A stretch of DNA of 64,000 bases from the sequence record PV158447.1. The stretch is one strand, 5' to 3'. How positions within the stretch are numbered: the first letter of the stretch is position 1; each line of letters opens with the position of its first letter. The position numbers were made by a program, and so were the translations under genes. Shown piece by piece: positions 56,770 to 64,000 of this stretch. The notes beneath the pieces are model-generated. The model had not been told where the DNA came from, made no database searches, and saw nothing but the letters and a program-made list of their open reading frames with translations.

Positions 56770-58749
56770 ATGATCTCTGACGACAAAGCTCCTGATTTCG
56801 ACGCACCTCTCGGTCAACCGAAGTCCGGTGAAACACAGCTCACCGATTTCAACAACTCTTTCGAACAACCCACCCAACCCATCAATAAAGGAAACGAAAA
56901 CATGTCTGGTATCAATTCCCTGGTTTCTCTGCTGTCCCAAGTCAACCTGTCCGCTTCCCACAACACCGTTCCGGAAATGGACGAAATCGCCAAAGCGATC
57001 AAAGAACGTGTCAAGGTTCTGAAGTCCAACACTGCGGCCGAAGCCCAGAAAGCTGCCCTGCCTGCCGACATCCAGATCCTGACCAACAACATCAGCCCTA
57101 GCCTGCCTGGTTTCGCGATGTACACCATCTTCGGGGCCGAGTGCTACGTTATGCCGGTTCTGTTCTACAAGGCCGGGATCACCGACGTGACCGACACCGT
57201 CCAGTTCCACAACGAAGCGCCGCGCGGTTTCGCGAAGGTTCCGTCTTCCTTCATGACCGGTGATCTGAGCACCAAGGTCAAGCAGAACTTCACCACCATC
57301 GGTGGTAAACAGATGCAAACCGTTTCGATCGTCAACCCGCGTGTGGTCAACCTGGAGCGTTACCTGAAGGCCGGTCTGCACGGCGAAGATCTGGTCCGTG
57401 TTGTTGCGGCTGGTCTGCTGGAAGACTTCGTGACTGGTCTGATGTCCCTGGGTTCTCTGCTCCAAGTCAAAGCCGTCGGCAACCTGGAAAGTCCGTTCGG
57501 TACCCGCAAGCTGTATGGCGAGCACGGTGCCGCGATGGCGCGTGTTGAAACTGCGACAGGTGTGGATGCAACTGGCCTGGCGACCCCGTACAACCTGACT
57601 GTCAAACTGGCTACCACCGGTAAGAACGGTCAACAGTACAACAACAACCAGATCTCCAAGACCATCATCACCACTCCGCTGAACGTCCAGCTGGAAGCAA
57701 TGAGTCGCGAACAGTTCGCTCAAGCTCGTATGGCACGTCCTGGTCAATCTGGTGTTGGTCCGCTGGTCCCGATCGTGTCCGTCGGTCACTCCATTCCTGG
57801 TGAAACCCTGGGTAACAACTGTTCCCCGCTGAGCATCATCCTGGGTCTGTATGCCGCTCTGGCTGCCAACGCCGCCCCTGCCCTGGCAGAAGCTTACCGT
57901 AACAAGGAAGTGGGTAGCCGTGGTAACCTGAGCAACTTCAACTCCATGATGGTCCAGTATCTGGGTCCGCAAGCGTACGACGCTAATTGCATGTTGACCG
58001 ACAAGAACCTGTCCAACATCGAACTGGTAAACAACTGGATCCGCAACTACGTCTCCACCACCCCGGTGTACGTAGTTGACGCACCGGCTTACCTGGACAA
58101 TGCCTCTACCTCCGAGTTCTATTTCGGCCTGGCTGAGAAAGGTTCCGACTCCGTCTACTACAAGACCGCTATGATCGCTGCCAACCTGCTGAGCAACGGC
58201 AAGTTCATGGAGCTGGCCACTGCTAACAAGGCTGACAACTCCCGTGACAAGTCCAAGCAGTGGGCTCCTGGCGACGCGATCCTGTTGCAAACCGGTACCC
58301 TGCGCCCGCGCGGTATTGCGACCAACCCGAAAACCTCCAAGGCTTTCGACCTGGGTGAAATCGACGGGATGTTCCTGCGTCAGAAAGAGTACTTCGGCGA
58401 GAACGAAATCGCTGTCGCTGAATATCAAGGCCTGGTACAGGGTTCCACCCACATCCAGGATGCACGTCAGCGTCAGTTCCACATCACCTCTCGTCTGATG
58501 GCGATGACCAACAACACCGCGATCATCGAAGGTTGGGATATGCGTTTCATCGTGTCCCCTGCTTTCGCGAACACCCTGCGTGATGCGATGGTCAATGCCG
58601 GTACCCTGACTGTATCCGCGAACAACTACGGTGGTCAGTACGTCGCTTCTATCGAGAACACCCTGCTGTCCAACATGATGACTGCTGGGATCCAAGCCGC
58701 TGGTGCCAACGCCAGTTACGGTGGTTCCCCGATGTTCACCATGTTTTAA
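56770..58749 (+). CDS. chmA: Chimallin (phage nuclear shell protein)
   Basis: About 620-660 aa; extreme high-expression codon bias; low-complexity aromatic-tipped C-terminus (NASYGGSPMFTMF); lies between DNA polymerase/gp52 and nvRNAP beta'N, the phiKZ gp54 position. Confidence 0.82.
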   Translation: MISDDKAPDFDAPLGQPKSGETQLTDFNNSFEQPTQPINKGNENMSGINSLVSLLSQVNLSASHNTVPEMDEIAKAIKERVKVLKSNTAAEAQKAALPADIQILTNNISPSLPGFAMYTIFGAECYVMPVLFYKAGITDVTDTVQFHNEAPRGFAKVPSSFMTGDLSTKVKQNFTTIGGKQMQTVSIVNPRVVNLERYLKAGLHGEDLVRVVAAGLLEDFVTGLMSLGSLLQVKAVGNLESPFGTRKLYGEHGAAMARVETATGVDATGLATPYNLTVKLATTGKNGQQYNNNQISKTIITTPLNVQLEAMSREQFAQARMARPGQSGVGPLVPIVSVGHSIPGETLGNNCSPLSIILGLYAALAANAAPALAEAYRNKEVGSRGNLSNFNSMMVQYLGPQAYDANCMLTDKNLSNIELVNNWIRNYVSTTPVYVVDAPAYLDNASTSEFYFGLAEKGSDSVYYKTAMIAANLLSNGKFMELATANKADNSRDKSKQWAPGDAILLQTGTLRPRGIATNPKTSKAFDLGEIDGMFLRQKEYFGENEIAVAEYQGLVQGSTHIQDARQRQFHITSRLMAMTNNTAIIEGWDMRFIVSPAFANTLRDAMVNAGTLTVSANNYGGQYVASIENTLLSNMMTAGIQAAGANASYGGSPMFTMF

Positions 58750-58773
58750 TAACGTTTAACAGACGTTAACTTT

Positions 58774-58809
58774 ACTAAGAGGGGAGGGGTCATCCCTTCT
58801 CCTCTTAGT
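58774..58809 (+). terminator. Intrinsic terminator
   Basis: ACTAAGAGGGGAGGG/CCCTTCTCCTCTTAGT followed by a long T-tract. Confidence 0.82.
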
Positions 58810-58838
58810 TTTCTTTTTGTTTATTTTCTTTTTGTTGT

Positions 58839-58872
58839 TCTATAAAAATTAAAACAGATATTATTAAAGCGA
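58839..58872 (+). promoter_or_regulatory. Putative early promoter (variant)
   Basis: TCTATAAAAATTAAAACAGATATTATTAAAGCG. Confidence 0.55.
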
Positions 58873-58905
58873 CCCTAGTAGAAATAAAATAACGAGGAGA
58901 AAGTA

Positions 58906-60495
58906 GTGAGTACAATGGCTAGTATTCTATCTCAATTTCAAACACATCACCTGCTCCCGCAGACACTGTTTGATGAGATGATCGAACACAGTGGATATGT
59001 CCCAGAGCAAGATGACGAATCTCTCTACAGTCCACTCTACCCAACGTTCCCTGACTACGACTATCGCTACGCTACCAGTGTAGCAACACCCATCCACCTT
59101 AACGATTTCGATTTTAACAAGGAAGAGGATCGGGAAGCTATTGTTGAACTGCTTCGAACTGAGTACGGCGATAACAACTTCGAAACAGTGGCTTCTTGTA
59201 CCTGTAAACATTACCGCAGTAACATCTATATCGGAATGAACATCACGTGCGAACGTTGTGGTTCAGAAGTGACTCGTCCTTTGACGGACAAGATAGAAAC
59301 TAAAGTGTGGTTGAAAACACCCCCTAAAGTTTCTGGTTTCCTGAATCCTGCGATCGCCCACGTGTTCTTTGATAAGCTGAATACCAAGACCCCCAAAGTC
59401 AACTTGGTGGAATATTGGATCAATCCACAATTCCGAAATGAGAAACGTTTCAGGGATATGGGGAATCCGGCTTATCGTGTTGCTGCTAAACTGGACGCTT
59501 TCCGGGAACGTCTAGGAATAGAGTTCGGATATAACCAGTTCATTGAGAACATCGATGATATTATCCGATCTGCAATTGAACTGGACACTTCCGGTGTACT
59601 GGATCTTTCAGAAACTAACCGTGTGCGTTACGCGGAATTCTGGAAGAAGTACAAAAAGGTTGCTGTGAGCCAAGTACTCCCAGTGCCTAACAAAATCACC
59701 TCTGTGGTGGAAAACGATCAACGAGATCGTTATGTTAGCAAAGAGAAGACAGACCTGGATAAGTTCTTCTTCACCATTGCCGACATGTACGACGCCTACG
59801 ATCCCCGGTCAGAAGAAAACCATGAAGTCATGGGGAAGAACTATACCAAGCTCCGAAACGTGATGTACAAAATCATGGAATCTATTCTCTTCAAGAAGAA
59901 GGGAATGTTCCGATATCATGCTGGCGCTGGGAAACTTCCTCTGACCGGTCGTTCTATCATCACGGGGGAATCGGGTGTCTGTCGTTCTGACACGATCGTC
60001 GTACCTTGGTTGTACGGTATTACCATCCTGGATAAACATCTGACCAACTGGCTTTATCGCCGTGGTTACGGGCCATTACAAGTGAAGGAGATTATTCGTT
60101 CTGCTGCCAATTATCGACATCCGTTGGTAGAAGAGTTTTATGACTGGATAGAGAAGAATCGATATGCGGTAGCGATTGCTGGACGTAACCCGAGTATTCA
60201 ATATCTGTCAGCTCGGGCGTTCTTTGTTACATTCAACCGTGACATCGAAGATAAGTCCCTGCGTATACCGATTACATCTGTGAAAGAATTCAATGCGGAC
60301 TTTGATGGGGACCAGATGTATTTGATTATGATGTATGACATGTTTAACAAAATTCAAGCTTATAGTGCTTTTGGGCACCAGCAAATGTTGGACCCCAATA
60401 AACTGTTTGAAGTGAGTCGCTTCTCTAGCTCAACCAAAACAGCTTTGTTGAACTACAACGCTCTATTGTTGGATGAACCGATAGCAGAGGAGTGA
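58906..60495 (+). CDS. Non-virion RNA polymerase beta' N-terminal subunit (phiKZ gp55-like)
   Basis: Zn-finger CTC...CERC, GRSII, GRNPS, catalytic NADFDGD. Confidence 0.92.
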   Translation: MSTMASILSQFQTHHLLPQTLFDEMIEHSGYVPEQDDESLYSPLYPTFPDYDYRYATSVATPIHLNDFDFNKEEDREAIVELLRTEYGDNNFETVASCTCKHYRSNIYIGMNITCERCGSEVTRPLTDKIETKVWLKTPPKVSGFLNPAIAHVFFDKLNTKTPKVNLVEYWINPQFRNEKRFRDMGNPAYRVAAKLDAFRERLGIEFGYNQFIENIDDIIRSAIELDTSGVLDLSETNRVRYAEFWKKYKKVAVSQVLPVPNKITSVVENDQRDRYVSKEKTDLDKFFFTIADMYDAYDPRSEENHEVMGKNYTKLRNVMYKIMESILFKKKGMFRYHAGAGKLPLTGRSIITGESGVCRSDTIVVPWLYGITILDKHLTNWLYRRGYGPLQVKEIIRSAANYRHPLVEEFYDWIEKNRYAVAIAGRNPSIQYLSARAFFVTFNRDIEDKSLRIPITSVKEFNADFDGDQMYLIMMYDMFNKIQAYSAFGHQQMLDPNKLFEVSRFSSSTKTALLNYNALLLDEPIAEE

Positions 60496-61160
60496 GCTTA
60501 ATGAATGCAACGAGTGCGTTTTCCAGAGGAGTGGGTGGTTCTTTATCAGCCGGTGCTGCACAAGCATTTGGTGACTATATGGGGAACATCTACAACAAGT
60601 TTCAAAACCTGACTGGTTGGTTGGGTGAGACCCTGGAAGGAGTGAAACGAGAACACCAGAACTTTATGGACTCTCGTATGTGGGAGTTCAGTAAACGGAT
60701 GGGGGACGATGGTAAGTTTGTTGGTCGTTTCGATATCGGTTATTTGAGCGAAGCACGATACCAACAACAAGCCCAAGGATTTATGCGGAACTACATCATG
60801 GCTAATCCAATGATGATGGCACTGTATCAATCCGGTCATGCGAGCGGTTACGATGGAGATATCAGTCAGCTCTGTGCTGGTATGGGTCGTGAAAACTACT
60901 ACTACAACAAAGCCGTTGATGGAATGATGATGGTCAGTGAAGATGGGGAACTCACCAGAACCGACTATCACACTTCCCGGGATGGTCGAACCGCGCTGAG
61001 TGTTCGAGAACGGGTTGATATCCACCGTACCTGGAATGCGACCAATCGCCACATTGCAGCTAACCTGTTTGATCCCTCTAACACTTCTGGTGGGAATTTC
61101 CTCACTGACGAAGAAGTGGAGGAACGTCGTAAAGAAGCAGAAAGTAAGAAAGAAGACTAA
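60492..61160 (+). CDS. Conserved hypothetical protein (222 aa)
   Basis: GAGGAG RBS, GTGA overlap; terminator at 61166-61191. Confidence 0.72.
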   Translation: MSLMNATSAFSRGVGGSLSAGAAQAFGDYMGNIYNKFQNLTGWLGETLEGVKREHQNFMDSRMWEFSKRMGDDGKFVGRFDIGYLSEARYQQQAQGFMRNYIMANPMMMALYQSGHASGYDGDISQLCAGMGRENYYYNKAVDGMMMVSEDGELTRTDYHTSRDGRTALSVRERVDIHRTWNATNRHIAANLFDPSNTSGGNFLTDEEVEERRKEAESKKED

Positions 61161-61165
61161 GAGCT

Positions 61166-61191
61166 CGGAACCATCCTTCGGGGTGGTTCCG
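61166..61191 (+). terminator. Intrinsic terminator (UUCG loop)
   Basis: CGGAACCATCC-TTCG-GGGTGGTTCCG. Confidence 0.75.
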
Positions 61192-61238
61192 TTTACTCTT
61201 ACTCAGAATCAATTTTTTGTAACTAAAGGAGTACTGTA

Positions 61239-61571
61239 ATGGAAAACAAACTGATTCACTCTGATGACATTAATACTGTTATTCGTGTTGGTGTCAATGC
61301 TTATCGTGTTTTTCGTAGCGATAAGGAAGGAAAGGAACTAACAGTTATTCGATTCCAAGACGGAAATCCCAAAACGAACGGGATAAATGGCTTGAGTATG
61401 GAAGCTAACTTGGCGGTTATGATCAGCCGGTTAGAGACACTCAACCAAGGTCAGTTTAAATCGATTAATAACGATTTGGCTTTGGGTGGTATGAAAGCTG
61501 CACTAGCAGCATTGGAAGATCGTATCTATGAACGTAAACAACGAAACGTTCATAACACATTAAAAGGATAA
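61239..61571 (+). CDS. Tad1-like anti-defence sponge protein
   Basis: IRFQDG...NG......L.VMISRLETLNQGQFKSINN.LAL.....AL..LEDR..ERKQRNV matches the recalled Tad1 pattern IKFQKG...HG...[26 protein letters not shown]...R.EDR.ERNV. Confidence 0.7.
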   Translation: MENKLIHSDDINTVIRVGVNAYRVFRSDKEGKELTVIRFQDGNPKTNGINGLSMEANLAVMISRLETLNQGQFKSINNDLALGGMKAALAALEDRIYERKQRNVHNTLKG

Positions 61572-61574
61572 AGT

Positions 61575-62069
61575 ATGTACGGTAAGGGATATTCACAACT
61601 GACGCTTTCGATCTCAAGTGCAGCGAAGATCTGTAAAGCATTGAGGGAAGGATTAGAAGACTTCTCTAAAGAAGAAATGACTGAAGGGAACGACGTCAGC
61701 TTAAACATCGCTTCTAACGAGCTACACGCCACTCTGATGTACGACAAACGTGATCCCGATATAGACCCAGGTGTTAACCGAGAAAGTTACCAGGGGACGA
61801 TCACAGACGTTACTAAACTGGGTAATCCAAACGGGGAATATTACGCCCTGGTTCTGGAAGTCGATAGTCCTGGTGTACAAAAGCGGTTCAAAGAACTTCA
61901 GGAACTTGGATTCGAACACAGTTGGCCTGATTTGAGAGTCCATATTTCTTTGAACTACGGATCCGCAACAGAGACTACTTATTCAGTAGTTAAGCGTATT
62001 TTTGAACAAGGCAAGTTCCCAGGTGAAATCACCCTTGTTGACGAATGTTGGAATAAGTGTAAAAACTAA
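61575..62069 (+). CDS. Acb1-like 2H phosphodiesterase (anti-CBASS nuclease family)
   Basis: LHATLMY and HISLNY 2H motifs, LVLEVDS..V..RF..L..LGF.H; size and layout of T4 57B/Acb1. Confidence 0.78.
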   Translation: MYGKGYSQLTLSISSAAKICKALREGLEDFSKEEMTEGNDVSLNIASNELHATLMYDKRDPDIDPGVNRESYQGTITDVTKLGNPNGEYYALVLEVDSPGVQKRFKELQELGFEHSWPDLRVHISLNYGSATETTYSVVKRIFEQGKFPGEITLVDECWNKCKN

Positions 62070-62082
62070 ATACATTTAAGAT

Positions 62083-62114
62083 CCATAATTTTTCAGACCT
62101 ATATTACTAAAGTG
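62083..62114 (+). promoter_or_regulatory. Putative early promoter
   Basis: CCATAATTTTTCAGACCTATATTACTAAAGTG, containing TATATTAC. Confidence 0.72.
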
Positions 62115-62157
62115 TATAAGCTATAAGCATTTAACACTTATTTAGGGAGAAAGATTT

Positions 62158-62646
62158 ATGTGTGATACCAACAAAAATCCGGCAGACATTTTCTTTGTAA
62201 ATTTGGCCGCCATCACTGGCGCTGGTTCCTTGGTTAAGTTGAACCTGACCAACGACCTGGAAATGGAACGACGGTTCGATTTGGTAGAGCGTCGAAACCG
62301 TAAACTGGATACCTACGCCGCTGCCGTAATGGTGTATTTCCACGACGTCCTTGGGTCGAAAGGATTCGATAAATCTCATCCCGATAAAGAGCGCACTCTC
62401 ATCGGTATCGCAGATGTTCTGACAACAGCCTGGGTGCTCTTTGACTCAGGCCGAATTTTACCCGGCGATGACGTTCCTTACAAGAGTATTGAATCTCTTT
62501 CAAAGTGGCTGGACTCTAAGTTGAAAGAAGTCTTTTCTTTTGGCCTGGATACTGCCCTTCGTCCTACCGCAGAATCGTTGAAGTACATTCTGAAAGATTT
62601 TGAACGTATCAGTAACGTTTCTGATGTTATCTCCGGTCACAATTAA
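62158..62646 (+). CDS. Hypothetical early protein (162 aa)
   Basis: AGGGAG RBS after the promoter. Confidence 0.72.
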   Translation: MCDTNKNPADIFFVNLAAITGAGSLVKLNLTNDLEMERRFDLVERRNRKLDTYAAAVMVYFHDVLGSKGFDKSHPDKERTLIGIADVLTTAWVLFDSGRILPGDDVPYKSIESLSKWLDSKLKEVFSFGLDTALRPTAESLKYILKDFERISNVSDVISGHN

Positions 62647-62658
62647 TAAGGATAACCA

Positions 62659-62778
62659 ATGTCTATTTCCGTAGCATTTTTCGGCTCTATGGCTGTGTTG
62701 GCAATCGGTACTGTTGTCGTGCATTTCTGTAAAGACATGTTCGGTAACCGACCCATGGCTACTCGCAACAAACGTTAA
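62659..62778 (+). CDS. Small membrane protein (39 aa)
   Basis: AAGGA RBS; MSISVAFFGSMAVLAIGTVVVHFCKD... with a basic tail; terminator follows. Confidence 0.6.
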   Translation: MSISVAFFGSMAVLAIGTVVVHFCKDMFGNRPMATRNKR

Positions 62779-62783
62779 ACTTC

Positions 62784-62809
62784 AACCCTCTACCTTCGGG
62801 TAGAGGGTT
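62784..62809 (+). terminator. Intrinsic terminator (UUCG loop)
   Basis: AACCCTCTACC-TTCG-GGTAGAGGGTT. Confidence 0.8.
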
Positions 62810-62850
62810 TCTTATTCTCATTTATTTTTTTTTATTCCCAGGAGGAAAGC

Positions 62851-63246
62851 ATGGCGGGGATTGTAGGAACAATGAGCACACTAGGTTGGGTCGATGAACC
62901 TACCGTTATGATCGACAAACTGTTTTCTTATTGGATAGCCAATCGTCGAGATCAATGTATCATCTTGACTAACATTCAAAGTTTTGATTTTGTCATTGGT
63001 TCTCATCAAGGTGACACTGTTATTGATAAGTTCTTGGATGATGCAGAAGAGAGTTTCAGAAGTATGCTCTTGGAATGTTTCGACAATGTTCAAGTTTCTG
63101 TTATGTCACCAGACCACGAACAGGCTAAGAAGAATTTCACCTTGGCTATTTCTGGAACGGTGCATAAAGACGGTATTGGGTATGATCTGGCAAGATCTGT
63201 CATATTGAACGGTAAAACGTTCGAACTTATTCAACAAGGAGAATAA
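62851..63246 (+). CDS. Conserved chimallivirus hypothetical protein (131 aa)
   Basis: AGGAGG RBS; S..GWV motif at the N-terminus; possibly a virion protein. Confidence 0.65.
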   Translation: MAGIVGTMSTLGWVDEPTVMIDKLFSYWIANRRDQCIILTNIQSFDFVIGSHQGDTVIDKFLDDAEESFRSMLLECFDNVQVSVMSPDHEQAKKNFTLAISGTVHKDGIGYDLARSVILNGKTFELIQQGE

Positions 63247-63248
63247 AG

Positions 63249-64000
63249 ATGTCCAATGATATCGTAAGAGAATTTCAAGAAGGTGGTAACGATCCTGACC
63301 AACACGGGAAGTTTATTGATTTCGTAACTGGTGCGTTTAAATACGTCAAGATCGGGGACCATGAGATCATTCAAACCCCTGATGGTGCGCTTGTCGAACA
63401 CGTGTTAATGGAAGAAGCGTATTTTGTCGAAAATTGGTTGACCCAGTTTGCTATTGCACGGGTAAATGGTAAAAACTATTTTGACCTGGCTGGTTGGTCT
63501 GAACTCACCGAAGGGTTTACTAAAGGGGTGATCATTCTTAATGAAAATAAAGAGCTGGTCTTTATCATTCGTAAATTCACCGACATGTCCCTGAACTACC
63601 ACGCCAAGGATTACATGAATCGCGCTTGTCGGGCTGGAACACAAGCTCACTCAGTTCCAGATGAACAATCCCGCGACGAGATCATCACTAAGCTGAGCAC
63701 TAACGTTAAGGGTCTCCTTAAAGACCACGTTAACGACGACACTTCCATTACAGCAATGATTCCCAAACAGTATTACATTGATAAAGGAATCTCGGTTGAT
63801 ACTCTCCAACAATTGATCTACATCCGTGATAACTTTGAATATGCTGGCAGTCCGATTGATCCTGAAGGTGATATCATGAAACGTCTGGAGAAGGTTCTCC
63901 GGAAATGGAACACCGAGTATATCGTCGAAGAACAGGACAAAAAGTTTGTTATCGAGATCACTCAAGGGACCTTTAATTTTAACAAACCCAGTCATTTGGT
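63249..64000 (+). CDS. Hypothetical protein, 3'-truncated by the window
   Basis: AAGGAG RBS; MSNDIVREFQEGG... reads open to the window end. Confidence 0.65.
   Translation, partial: MSNDIVREFQEGGNDPDQHGKFIDFVTGAFKYVKIGDHEIIQTPDGALVEHVLMEEAYFVENWLTQFAIARVNGKNYFDLAGWSELTEGFTKGVIILNENKELVFIIRKFTDMSLNYHAKDYMNRACRAGTQAHSVPDEQSRDEIITKLSTNVKGLLKDHVNDDTSITAMIPKQYYIDKGISVDTLQQLIYIRDNFEYAGSPIDPEGDIMKRLEKVLRKWNTEYIVEEQDKKFVIEITQGTFNFNKPSHL

Noticed and set aside
56728-58695. 655-aa minus-strand ORF antisense to chimallin
   Set aside because: A shadow ORF produced by the extreme codon bias of chmA; it has no RBS context and its composition is unnatural.
58906-60495. Possible intron or intein in the nvRNAP beta'N gene (interrupted in some relatives)
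   Set aside because: The ORF is continuous, with expected size and motifs and no Hint or HNH signatures.

Overview
This 64-kb window comes from a nucleus-forming (phiKZ-like, Chimalliviridae-type) jumbo phage. Core genes recognisable from sequence and synteny: a small virion RNA polymerase beta' C-terminal subunit next to the prohead protease; tail tube and tail sheath on the minus strand; three large virion genes; terminase large subunit with an Ala-1 (class 3) intein; thymidylate kinase; PhuZ tubulin; a split family-B DNA polymerase subunit; chimallin; and the non-virion RNAP beta' N subunit (NADFDGD). The window opens inside a lytic transglycosylase gene interrupted by an intein just before its GLIQF motif. 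Two accessory blocks (about 4.4-14.2 kb and 32-49 kb) consist of small early genes driven by a repeated AT-rich promoter and separated by strong hairpin terminators. They include an array of four exported two-Cys proteins, an HD-domain protein and a 1034-aa CxCxxC-repeat protein. A Tad1-like sponge and an Acb1-like phosphodiesterase sit side by side near 61-62 kb. The least explained features are non-coding. Between 30.2 and 32.0 kb there is tRNA-Leu(UAA), a non-canonical tRNA-like element, a roughly 500-nt structured segment and a dense tandem hairpin array. A family of modular intergenic elements at about 35.0, 37.4 and 41.0 kb shares motifs, a covarying hairpin and G-tracts. All annotations are by eye, with no database searches, and phiKZ/SPN3US gene equivalences come from recalled synteny.
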